NCBI RefSeq assembly: GCF_030055425.1
Contig: NZ_JASFYE010000001.1
Coordinates: forward strand, 363,345 to 387,344
Length of the DNA: 24,000 nucleotides
DNA from: Methanothermobacter sp.
Lineage (GTDB): Archaea; Methanobacteriota; Methanobacteria; Methanobacteriales; Methanothermobacteraceae
Direction of reading: 5' to 3'
The position numbers and the translations under genes were made by a program. Positions 1 through 9,299 of this stretch are shown here, one piece after another; position 1 is the stretch's first letter, and the number at the start of each line of letters is the position of its first letter. The notes beneath the pieces are model-generated. The model did no database searches. It was not told the origin of the DNA and worked only from the letters and a program-made list of their open reading frames with translations.

Positions 1-702
1 GCCACAGCAACCACCGAATACGGTGCTGAGCTTGCTGAAAGTTCAGGGGCATTAAGAACCGTCAGAGGTCCCCTTGACAGACTTGGACTGGGCGAACTGA
101 TAGATGAAATCGGCGCTGAACTCCTCATAGACGCCACCCACCCCTTCGCGGCAAGGGCCACCGAAAACGCACTCCTTGCATGCCGGGATACAGGCATAAC
201 CTACCTGAGGTTCCAAAGGCCACGGCTGGATGTTGAGGGTGCCATAAGGGTTGACTCATTCAGGGAGGCCGGGGAGGTGGCCTCATCACTCCTCAGGGAG
301 GGTGAGGTTGCGATGCACCTTGCAGGGGTCTCAACACTACCTGAGGTTCTTGAGTCACTGGATCCAGATAGGGTTGCCGCCAGGGTCCTGCCACGGACCT
401 CATCAATTGAGGCATGCCACAGACTCGGGGTGCCCCCCGAACAGATCATCGCAATGCAGGGCACATTCTCCCCAGAGATGAACAGGGTGCTCATGAAGGA
501 ATACCATGCAGGCGCGGTTATCACAAAGGACAGTGGGGAGACAGGGGGCCTCCGTGAGAAGGTTGCCGCTGCATCAGAGCTTGGAATACCAATCATCATC
601 GTTGAGAGGCCAAGGGTTGACATGAAAGGCGAGAAGGCATTCCATGACATTAATGAACTTGTGGAATATGTCAAAGAGATCATGAATAAAAAACACCAAT
701 AA
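1..702 (+). CDS. cbiJ: Cobalt-precorrin-6A (precorrin-6x) reductase, CbiJ/CobK family; the 5' end lies outside the window
   Basis: Frame 1 is open from base 1 (ATATTEYGAELAES...LIDATHPFA...) and joins the listed 277..702 ORF, ending at TAA 700-702. The IDATHPFA and VITKDSGETGG segments are typical of this family. Confidence 0.8.
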   Translation, partial: ATATTEYGAELAESSGALRTVRGPLDRLGLGELIDEIGAELLIDATHPFAARATENALLACRDTGITYLRFQRPRLDVEGAIRVDSFREAGEVASSLLREGEVAMHLAGVSTLPEVLESLDPDRVAARVLPRTSSIEACHRLGVPPEQIIAMQGTFSPEMNRVLMKEYHAGAVITKDSGETGGLREKVAAASELGIPIIIVERPRVDMKGEKAFHDINELVEYVKEIMNKKHQ

Positions 703-746
703 CTGCTTTTAAACCTTAAAAAATATGCTATAAAAAGATTCAGAAT

Positions 747-752
747 AAAAAA
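747..752 (-). terminator. Oligo-T tract (minus strand) downstream of moeA, in the convergent cbiJ/moeA spacer
   Basis: A6 on the plus strand equals T6 on the minus strand, about 40 nt after the moeA stop. Further T5-T6 runs follow on the minus strand. Archaeal termination commonly uses oligo-T. Confidence 0.4.
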
Positions 753-788
753 GAACCTAATAAATGCTTTTAAATCTTAAGAATGAGT

Positions 789-2015
789 TCACCGGTTCTC
801 AAAGAGGACAACCTCAACCTTCTCTCCCTCATTGATTATCTCAACGTTCTTAGGCACCTCAATGTATCCATCGGCCCCTGCAAGGGCTGCTATTGCACCG
901 GAATCCCTGAATATTGGCCTTGCATACTGGCCATCAACCCTCACAAGGGCATACTGGACCCTGCCCCTTGATGAGTGGAATCTCTCGGCAAGTTTAAGTG
1001 TCTTCACAGAACCCTCAGGGGCTTTTATTCCCGAAAGTTCCCTGAGGAATGGTTCTACAAGTGACCTGAAAACCAGAAGGGCTGCAACCGGAAAACCAGG
1101 GAGCCCAACCACCATCTTACCGTCAACCACCCCCACTATGGTGGGCTTACCCGGCTTCATGGAGATGCCGTGAATGACCACCTCACCAAGATCCTCAAGC
1201 ACATCCGCCAGGACATCGCCCGCCCCTGCAGAGGTGCCACCTGAGGTTATAACGAGGTCCGCTTTACCCAGCCCCTCAATGAGGGCACTTCTGAGTTCAT
1301 CGTAATCATCCCTAACTATACCCCCACGGCTGACACTGCAGCCGGCATCCCTGAGGGCCGCCGATATTCCCAGAGAATTTGAATCAAATATCTTTGCAGG
1401 TTCAAGTCTCCCTGAGGGCTCAGTGAGTTCATTACCCGTTGATATGACATGTACCAGAGGTCTCGATACAACCTCCACCGAGGTGACCCCTGCAGCTGAA
1501 AGCGCCGCGATCTTGTCGGGTGAGAGTACCTTCCCGCCCCCCACAAGTACACTGCCCGCATCAATATCAGATCCCGCCGCCGCGATATGCTGCGAGGGGT
1601 ATGCCGGCCTATGGATGTAGACGTCCTCACCACTAACCTCGGTGTACTCAACCATGACAACTGCATCGGCACCCTCTGGCACCGGGGCCCCGGTGCTTAT
1701 CCGGGTGCATGAACCGCTTTCAACTCTCCCTGAGGGCAAAGAGCCTGCCTCAACCGTCTCGATACACCTGAGCCTCACAGGTTTCTCATCGCTTGCCCCG
1801 AATGTATCTGAGGCCACCACCGCATACCCATCCCTGGAGGCCCTGTCAAATGGTGGCAGGTCAATGGGGCTTTCAACATCCTCTGCAAGTAACCTCCCGA
1901 GGGCATCATCAATATTAACGGTTTCAGAACCTCTACTGTAAAGTTCCCTGAAGAGATCAGCCATTATCCTCCTTGCATCGTCCAGATCGATTATATCAAG
2001 AAATTCGACTCCCAT
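789..2015 (-). CDS. moeA: Molybdopterin molybdenumtransferase MoeA
   Basis: 408-aa ORF with an ATG start. It shows the MoeA hallmarks PPFDRASRDGYAV, the ISTGAPVP loop and the C-terminal GLPGFPVAAL segment. Confidence 0.9.
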   Translation of the reverse strand: MGVEFLDIIDLDDARRIMADLFRELYSRGSETVNIDDALGRLLAEDVESPIDLPPFDRASRDGYAVVASDTFGASDEKPVRLRCIETVEAGSLPSGRVESGSCTRISTGAPVPEGADAVVMVEYTEVSGEDVYIHRPAYPSQHIAAAGSDIDAGSVLVGGGKVLSPDKIAALSAAGVTSVEVVSRPLVHVISTGNELTEPSGRLEPAKIFDSNSLGISAALRDAGCSVSRGGIVRDDYDELRSALIEGLGKADLVITSGGTSAGAGDVLADVLEDLGEVVIHGISMKPGKPTIVGVVDGKMVVGLPGFPVAALLVFRSLVEPFLRELSGIKAPEGSVKTLKLAERFHSSRGRVQYALVRVDGQYARPIFRDSGAIAALAGADGYIEVPKNVEIINEGEKVEVVLFENR

Positions 2016-2046
2016 TGGATCACCATGAAAAGCAGTCTAAGCAATT

Positions 2047-2056
2047 TATTTATATC
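2047..2056. promoter_or_regulatory. TATA-like element in the divergent moeA / eif1a spacer
   Basis: The sequence ATTTATTTATATC is close to the archaeal TTTATATA consensus. It lies about 100 nt upstream of eif1a and about 35 nt upstream of moeA on the other strand. Confidence 0.4.
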
Positions 2057-2155
2057 TGCACCGGTAATAAATTATACTGTCTATTTCTTTGATTGCTGAA
2101 TGTGTAATCGCATTAGAATCAAAGTTAATCAACGAAAAAAAGAGGAGGAGAGTAT

Positions 2156-2455
2156 TTGAGTAGAGGACATCAGACACAGGAAGTTAGACGTGTGAGGACG
2201 CCCAGGAAGGGCGAGATACCTGGAGTTGTTGAGCAGATAATGGGGCACGGGAAGCTCAAGGTGAGGTGTGCCGATGGCCATATAAGGCTCGGCAGGATCC
2301 CGGGCAAGATGAAGAAGAGGATATGGATCCGTGAGGGTGACGTTGTACTAGTGAAGCCATGGGAGTTCCAGAGCGATGAGAAGGCCGATATAGTGTGGAG
2401 GTACACCCGTACAGAGTCCAACTGGCTTGAGAGGAAGGGCTACCTCAAACTCTGA
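2156..2455 (+). CDS. eif1a: Translation initiation factor aIF-1A (S1/OB fold)
   Basis: 99-aa ORF. TTG start at 2156 sits downstream of the AGAGGAGGAG Shine-Dalgarno-like run (about 2140-2149). The sequence [35 protein letters not shown] is the classic eIF1A core. Confidence 0.9.
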   Translation: MSRGHQTQEVRRVRTPRKGEIPGVVEQIMGHGKLKVRCADGHIRLGRIPGKMKKRIWIREGDVVLVKPWEFQSDEKADIVWRYTRTESNWLERKGYLKL

Positions 2456-3331
2456 TTGTCCCGAGAGAAGTTGATTTTAATGGATCCTGAAGAAACAGGG
2501 CAGGCCCCTGAACTCAGGGCACTTAAATCAGGGGCTGTGGATAGGGTAGACTCTGATCTTGGACGGATGGAGGCCGTCAAGAGGTTGAAGGGTGTTGAGG
2601 ACCGAAGGGTGGGAAGTGAGGTCTTTGATGAGCTTACCCTCAAAACACTCTACAAGCTTGCCAACTCAGGTTACCTTGCGGTGCTCAATGGTGCTGTGAG
2701 CACAGGTAAGGAGGCGAATGTCTTCAAGGGCATAACAGATAAAGACGAATTTGTTGCTGTCAAGATCTACCGTGTCGCCACATCTGACTTCAAGAAGATG
2801 CAGTACTACATACAGGGCGACCCGAGATTCAGGGTGAGGACAACCAACAGACGCCAGCTTGTCCAGGCCTGGGTTAACAAGGAGTTTCGGAACCTTAAAA
2901 GGGCCCTTGAAGCAGGTGTCCGTGTGCCAGAACCCGTGGTTGCAAGGGACAACATACTCATAATGGAGTTCATCGGGAATGACGGTGAACCGGCTCCCAC
3001 CATGAGGGAGGTTCCACCTGATGACCCTGAGAGGGTCCTTGAGTTGATAGTTGAGTACATGCACCGCCTCTACACTGATGCAAGGCTTGTGCACGGTGAT
3101 CTATCCTTCTTCAACATACTGAACCATTCAGGAGAACCAGTTATAATCGACGTATCCCAGGCAATGGTCCTTGACCACCCACTGGCCATGGAACTCCTTG
3201 AAAGGGATATAAAAAACGTGGTCCGTGACTTTAAAAGGCTGGGGGTCAGTGTAAGTGAGGATGATATAAGGAAAAAAATTAAAAAAGAACCGGAGCCCCC
3301 TACAAAAACCAGCACCAAGGAAAAGAATTAA
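2456..3331 (+). CDS. rio1: RIO-type serine/threonine protein kinase, Rio1 class
   Basis: 291-aa ORF with the STGKEANVF nucleotide-binding loop, [12 protein letters not shown] catalytic loop and IIDVSQA metal-binding loop. The TTG at 2456 directly abuts the eif1a stop. The start is uncertain: ATG at 2480 is an alternative and no clear SD precedes either. Confidence 0.85.
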   Translation: MSREKLILMDPEETGQAPELRALKSGAVDRVDSDLGRMEAVKRLKGVEDRRVGSEVFDELTLKTLYKLANSGYLAVLNGAVSTGKEANVFKGITDKDEFVAVKIYRVATSDFKKMQYYIQGDPRFRVRTTNRRQLVQAWVNKEFRNLKRALEAGVRVPEPVVARDNILIMEFIGNDGEPAPTMREVPPDDPERVLELIVEYMHRLYTDARLVHGDLSFFNILNHSGEPVIIDVSQAMVLDHPLAMELLERDIKNVVRDFKRLGVSVSEDDIRKKIKKEPEPPTKTSTKEKN

Positions 3332-3519
3332 AGAACCACGGAAACCAAAACCTTACAGAAAGAATTAAAAAATAAAACCTTAAAACATTATCTGGAACCT
3401 GAAGAGAAGGATCCATCCCAGATAACAGAGCAGAAATAGAAACTCCACTGGATACTTTACAGAAAGTTATTGTAGGTTTTATAAACGTTTATCCTTATTT
3501 ATTCATTGAGGTGAATCAG

Positions 3520-4086
3520 ATGCCCGCCGAGGAATATCTCAAAATACCCCGAGAAAGGGTTGGAGTTCTGATAGGTAAGAACGGTGAGGTCAAGGCACAG
3601 ATTGAGCGTCTAACGCAGACAGACCTTGAAATTGACAGCGAAACAGGTGCAGTTACACTCATACCCCATGATGAACTCGACGACCCCCTGTCACCATGGA
3701 AGGCAAGGAACATAGTTAGGGCCATAGGACGTGGCTTCAACCCGGAGGTTGCCCTAAGGCTCCTGGATGACGATGTTGCCCTTGACATCATCAAGATAAC
3801 CGACTATGTCGGTAAATCCAAAAAGGCCATAGCAAGGCAGAAGGGCCGTGTAATAGGTAGGGGTGGTATAACCAGACGCATAATTCATGATATGACCGGG
3901 GTGGATATATCGGTCTATGGAAAAACCGTTGCACTGATAGGTGAATTTGAAAAACTCTCTGTTGCAAGGGAAGCCGTTGAAATGATACTTAATGGCGCCA
4001 GACACAAGTCTGTGTACGCATTTCTTGAAAAGAAGAAACAGGAAATGAAAATGAAGGAGTTTCAGGAAGGCGTTAAATTCATGTAA
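3520..4086 (+). CDS. Two-KH-domain RNA-binding protein (Dim2/Pno1-like)
   Basis: Two GxxG KH loops are present (IGKNGE and IGRGGIT). I prefer ATG 3520 over the track start GTG 3511 because TGAGGTGA (3507-3514) is an SD placed 5 nt before the ATG and overlaps the GTG. Confidence 0.8.
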   Translation: MPAEEYLKIPRERVGVLIGKNGEVKAQIERLTQTDLEIDSETGAVTLIPHDELDDPLSPWKARNIVRAIGRGFNPEVALRLLDDDVALDIIKITDYVGKSKKAIARQKGRVIGRGGITRRIIHDMTGVDISVYGKTVALIGEFEKLSVAREAVEMILNGARHKSVYAFLEKKKQEMKMKEFQEGVKFM

Positions 4087-4103
4087 ACTCCGCCATAAAC
4101 CTG

Positions 4104-4109
4104 TTTTTT
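4104..4109 (+). terminator. Oligo-T terminator after the KH-domain gene
   Basis: A T6 run lies 18 nt after the stop codon. Confidence 0.5.
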
Positions 4110-4184
4110 GTGAGGGCGAATTTCAATTATTTCACATCTATCGCCCAACCTATGCTTTCTGTAATAGTTACATCTAGGGGTATA

Positions 4185-4193
4185 AGTTTATAT
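4185..4193 (+). promoter_or_regulatory. Candidate TATA box of the top6BA operon
   Basis: AGTTTATAT is embedded in the TATAAGTT direct repeats, about 85 nt upstream of the TTG start. Confidence 0.45.
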
Positions 4194-4225
4194 GCTATAA
4201 GTTACACATATGTGTATATGAGCAT
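4192..4225. promoter_or_regulatory. Imperfect palindrome centred on the perfect 12-mer ACACATATGTGT (4204-4215), flanked by ATGCT / AGCAT
   Basis: Read directly from the sequence. It lies between the candidate TATA box and the top6B SD. Confidence 0.6.
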
Positions 4226-4275
4226 GGTATCCCATGTGTATTATCCTGTGAAAAATTATTTAAGGAGGCGAACTT

Positions 4276-5842
4276 TTGGCTAGGCAAGCTTTGGATCTAT
4301 TTGACGAAGGATTCCAGGAACTCACTCCCTCAGAATTCTTCAGAAAAAACAAGCAGATGCTGGGTTTTACAGGGAAAATAAGGTCACTGACGATAGTTTT
4401 TCATGAACTCATAACAAACAGTTTTGACGCCGCAGAAGAGGCAGGCATACTCCCTGAGATCAAAATAGATCTCAAAAGGATTGGTAAGGACCACTACATC
4501 CTCAGACACCAGGACAACGGCCCTGGGATACCTGAAAAGTACATCCCGAAAGTATTCTGTACCATGTTCGCCGGGTCCAAATTCAGGAACATCCAGTCCA
4601 GGGGGCAGCAGGGACTTGGATGCAGTGGTTGCGTGCTATTATCACAGATGACCACAGGTAAACCCATAAAGGTCATATCAGGGACCAGGGAAAACGGTGA
4701 ACTCAAGGGGGTCAAGATGACCCTCAAGATGGACGTTAAGAAGAACCAGGGCCTCATACTCGAAAAGGAGGATGTGGCGGTTGAGGACACAGGGGTCTGC
4801 ATAGAACTCCACTTCAAGGACGTCTCCTACTCACTATCAGAGCAGGGGGCCTACGAGTACATAAGGAGGACAATGATAGCCAACCCCCATGCAAAGATAA
4901 TATTCAATGACCCCACAGGGAACCGCTACGTCTTCAACAGAGCATCAGACGTCATCCCCCCAATGCCAAAGGAGGTCCTCCCGCACCCATGGGGTGTCAC
5001 AGCCGATGACCTCATATTCATGGCAAAGCACACCGACAAGAGACGCTTCAGAAGTATGCTCACAAGTAATCTCTCAAGGATGTCCTCCAAGAAGATAAAG
5101 GAACTCGAGGAGCTCACAGGCATAGACCTCAACAAGCGCCCCAAGGACATGAAGTGGGAGGAGGCCGAGAAGATAGTTGAGGCCTTCAAGAAGATGAAGT
5201 TCATGTCACCACCAACCTCAGGCCTCATACCCATCGGGGAGGAGCAGATTGAGAAGGGTATGAGGGAGATACTCCAGCCAGAATTCACCGCCACCGTGAC
5301 AAGGAAACCCAAAACCTACCGTGGGGGTATAGCCTTTGTGGTTGAGGCAGGTATAGCCTACGGCGGAAACTCAGGTAGAATGGTCGGTGACCAGAGGAAG
5401 GCCGAGATAATGAGGTTCGCCAACAGGGTCCCCCTCACCTTTGACGCAGGTAGCTGCGCAATAACCGAGGGTGTTAAGAGCCTTGACTGGAGGCGTTACG
5501 GCATAAGGGACCTTGAAAATACACCGCTCACCATATTCGTGAATATCGTATCAACCAACGTCCCGTACCTCTCAACAGGTAAGCAGAGCGTGGCACCCGA
5601 ACCTGAAATACTCCATGAGATCAGGCAGGCCACCATGATAGCTGCAAGGAAACTATACAAGTACCTCAGGAAGAAGAAGGCCGCCAAGGAGGAGGCCGAG
5701 AGGGCCAAGGTATTTGAAACATACGTTCCGGTGATCATAAAGCAGGCGGCTCTCCTGGCAGAGAGGGAGGCACCTGATTACAGGAAACTCCTGGACACAG
5801 TTACAAGAAGGGCAAAACTTGAAATTCTGGGGGAATCACTAG

Positions 5843-5850
<8 letters not shown>
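4276..5850 (+). CDS. top6B: DNA topoisomerase VI subunit B (GHKL ATPase)
   Basis: 524-aa ORF. TTG start lies 7 nt after GGAGG (4264-4268). Bergerat-fold motifs are present: [23 protein letters not shown]. Confidence 0.95.
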
Positions 5851-6904
<1,054 letters not shown>

Positions 6905-6921
6905 AAATGTTCTCCATTATG

Positions 6922-6940
6922 TTTTTTATTTATTTTTCTT
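6922..6940 (+). terminator. Oligo-T terminator region after top6A
   Basis: GTTTTTTATTTATTTTTCTT contains T6 and T5 runs starting 18 nt after the stop. Confidence 0.6.
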
Positions 6941-7004
6941 ATTTAGGATAACAGAATTCCTCATGTCTTAAACTCAACTGGTTTTTAATTGTTATCCACC
7001 CAGT

Positions 7005-7069
7005 CACTCCTTCTTCAGAGATAACTATAAACCCAAAGTCCCCACTCCCCTCAGAGATAACTATATAAA
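7005..7069. repeat. Tandem direct repeat of about 25 bp upstream of gap (perfect core TCAGAGATAACTATA at 7015-7029 and 7051-7065)
   Basis: Both copies are preceded by CACTCC. The second copy ends in TATATAAAA, a candidate TATA box. Confidence 0.85.
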
Positions 7070-7161
7070 ATAATCAATGAGAAATAATATCAGATCACAC
7101 CTTTAAACTTAAGAGGTTCCTCTGGAAACAAAAGTTTTTCAGGGGATAGGAGGTTTCTTTA

Positions 7162-8175
7162 ATGATATCTGTAGCCATTAACGGGTATGGGACAATAGGA
7201 AAGAGAGTCGCCGACGCTGTGGCTGCCCAGGACGACATGAAGGTCGTTGGTGTCAGCAAAACAAAACCTGATTTTGAGGCGAGGGTTGCAATTGAAAAGG
7301 GCTATGACCTCTATGTAAGCATCCCTGAACGTGAAAAGCTCTTTGATGATGCTGGAATCCCTGTGAGCGGTACCGTGGAGGACATGCTGGAGGAAGCAGA
7401 CATCGTGGTTGATGCAACACCCGAGGGCATCGGTGCGAAGAATCTTGAACTGTACCGTGAAAAGGGGATAAAGGCCATATTCCAGGGTGGTGAAAAGCAC
7501 GACGCCATTGGACTCTCATTCAACTCCTTCACAAACTACGAAGAGTCACTGGGGGCCGACTACACAAGGGTTGTTTCCTGCAACACCACTGGCCTCTGCA
7601 GGACCCTCAAACCAATAGATGACCTCTGCGGAATAAAGAAGGTGAGGGCAGTGATGGTCAGAAGGGGTGCTGACCCTGTACAGGTGAAAAAGGGTCCAAT
7701 AAACGCCATTGTACCAAACCCCCCAACGGTCCCCTCACACCACGGACCCGACCTCAAAACCGTCATGAAGGGTGTCAACATCCACACAGTTGCACTCCTT
7801 GTCCCCACAACACTGATGCACCAGCACAACATAATGGTGGAACTGGAGAACCCTGTGGACGCCGATGAGATAAAAGCGAAGCTGGACGAGACAACCAGGG
7901 TCATGCTTGTAAGGGCCTCAGAGGGCCTTGCATCAACCGCAGAGATAATGGAGTACGCCAAGGAACTTGGAAGGTCAAGGAATGACCTCTTCGAGATACC
8001 TGTCTGGGAGGAATCCATAAATGTTGTCGAAGGGGAACTATTCTACATGCAGGCGGTCCACCAGGAATCCGATGCCGTCCCAGAGAGTGTGGATGCAGTA
8101 AGGGCCCTCCTTGAACTTGAAGAGGACAACATGAAGTCCATAATGAAGACCAACAGGGCCATGGGCATACTCTAA
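7162..8175 (+). CDS. gap: Glyceraldehyde-3-phosphate dehydrogenase, archaeal type II
   Basis: 337-aa ORF. ATG follows a GGAGG core (about 7150-7154). It has the [14 protein letters not shown] Rossmann N-terminus and the catalytic VSCNTTGL motif. Confidence 0.95.
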   Translation: MISVAINGYGTIGKRVADAVAAQDDMKVVGVSKTKPDFEARVAIEKGYDLYVSIPEREKLFDDAGIPVSGTVEDMLEEADIVVDATPEGIGAKNLELYREKGIKAIFQGGEKHDAIGLSFNSFTNYEESLGADYTRVVSCNTTGLCRTLKPIDDLCGIKKVRAVMVRRGADPVQVKKGPINAIVPNPPTVPSHHGPDLKTVMKGVNIHTVALLVPTTLMHQHNIMVELENPVDADEIKAKLDETTRVMLVRASEGLASTAEIMEYAKELGRSRNDLFEIPVWEESINVVEGELFYMQAVHQESDAVPESVDAVRALLELEEDNMKSIMKTNRAMGIL

Positions 8176-8182
8176 AAACCAA

Positions 8183-8189
8183 TTTTTTT
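8183..8189 (+). terminator. Oligo-T terminator after gap
   Basis: A T7 run lies 8 nt after the gap stop. Confidence 0.55.
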
Positions 8190-8217
8190 CTATTTAACCC
8201 TTTAACCGGGTGTTTTT

Positions 8218-9045
8218 TTGATAAGGGTTGGTCCTGCAGGGAACCCCGTGGGTTACCGTGGCAGTACAGTCAGTGTTTTCAGAAAGATCAGGGCCATGGG
8301 ACTTGACGCCTATGAGTACCAGGCAACCTATGGTCTCAGGTTGAAAAAGGAAAACGCCCTTAAGATTGGTGAAAATTCAAGGAAGAATGATATACTCGTC
8401 TCAATGCACGGCCCATACTATATAAACCTTTCATCATCCAACGAGGAAACCATAAAGAAGTCAATTGACCGGCTCTTTGACTGTGCAGTTGCAGGGGAGT
8501 GGATGGGTGCCTACCGTATTGTATTCCACCCCGGCTTTTACGGTGCCCTGGGGAGGAGAAGGGCATTTGAGCTCTGCAGGAAGTCACTTGAAGAACTCAT
8601 CTCAAGACTTGAAAGTGCCGGTATCAGGGACTTCACACTTGCACCTGAGACCACCGGTAAGAGGTCACAGGTGGGAAGTCTGGAGGAGATTATAAGATTC
8701 TCAGAGGAATTTGATAACGTCATGCCCACCGTGGACTTTGCACACATACATGCAAGGGGTGGTGGGTGCATAGGGGGCGCCAGTGATTACAGGAGAATAC
8801 TTGAGGAAATTGAGGGAAGAGTAGGAGTAGAGCACCTCCACTGCCACTTCACAGGGATAGAGTACACAGATGAGGGAGAGAGAAAGCACCACACCCTATC
8901 CGAAGGCTTTGGCCCTCCTGTTGAGCCCCTCCTTGAGGTGCTGGTTGATGGTGGATGGGATGCCACCATAATCTCCGAGACACCCAGAAAGGATGATGAT
9001 GCAAGGAGGATAAAGGCCCTCCTTGAGGAGTACCTCAGCAGGTGA
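8218..9045 (+). CDS. Endonuclease IV-like / xylose-isomerase-like TIM-barrel protein
   Basis: 275-aa ORF with a metal-ligand pattern like Nfo-family proteins (SMHGPYYINL, VFHPG, APETTG, DFAHIHA, HCHF, ISETP). TTG start at 8218. No in-frame ATG would retain the conserved GPAGNP N-terminus. Confidence 0.75.
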   Translation: MIRVGPAGNPVGYRGSTVSVFRKIRAMGLDAYEYQATYGLRLKKENALKIGENSRKNDILVSMHGPYYINLSSSNEETIKKSIDRLFDCAVAGEWMGAYRIVFHPGFYGALGRRRAFELCRKSLEELISRLESAGIRDFTLAPETTGKRSQVGSLEEIIRFSEEFDNVMPTVDFAHIHARGGGCIGGASDYRRILEEIEGRVGVEHLHCHFTGIEYTDEGERKHHTLSEGFGPPVEPLLEVLVDGGWDATIISETPRKDDDARRIKALLEEYLSR

Positions 9046-9108
9046 TGCTGGTCCAGAGAAATAAGTGTTCCGACTGTGTCAAAATCCACAACCCAAGTTT
9101 TTATATGG

Positions 9109-9203
9109 CTGCATGAAGTTTACCAGGGACCTAACGGAGGTTCCAGGGTTTCTTGAATTAACTGCATGGAGTGTACCGAAAGTATAGATCCGCGGAGTGT
9201 ACC
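9109..9203. repeat. Repeated motif CTGCATG(A/G)AGT(T/G)TACC (9109-9124, 9162-9177) plus a third partial copy GGAGTGTACC (9194-9203), upstream of the AAA ATPase gene
   Basis: Read directly. The two long copies match at 14 of 16 positions, and a perfect 10-mer is shared by copies 2 and 3. Confidence 0.75.
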
Positions 9204-9299
9204 TAAAACTTTATACACCCCCATGCACAATTTACCTATGATGAGTTTATTTCTTGAGTATATCACAGTATCAGAACTTGTTTCTGAAGAACAGGTGAT

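Noticed and set aside
201-2015. Track ORFs antisense to or out of frame with cbiJ and moeA (201-683 -, 251-481 +, 783-971 +, 832-1173 +, 1316-1672 -, 1423-1620 +, 1642-1941 +).
   Set aside because: They are fully nested in strongly recognisable genes. They have Ser/Pro/Arg/Leu-rich shadow-ORF composition and no SD or promoter context. The same reasoning applies to all other nested or antisense track ORFs across the window.
7113-9144. The 8-mer GAGGTTCC recurs in the gap upstream region (7113-7120) and the AAA upstream region (9137-9144), suggesting a possible shared operator.
   Set aside because: Two occurrences of an 8-mer in 24 kb on both strands are within chance expectation, and there is no flanking similarity.
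9233-9290. Possible C/D-box sRNA just upstream of the AAA ATPase start. It has a C-box-like ATGATGA (9238-9244) and a D-box CTGA (9284-9287) about 50 nt apart, with a 2-bp terminal stem.
   Set aside because: No recognisable internal D' or C' boxes at the expected 12-nt guide spacing. The guide regions are AT-rich and I cannot test complementarity to rRNA or tRNA. The element also overlaps the gene's SD. A search with a C/D sRNA covariance model and complementarity to the organism's rRNA would decide it.
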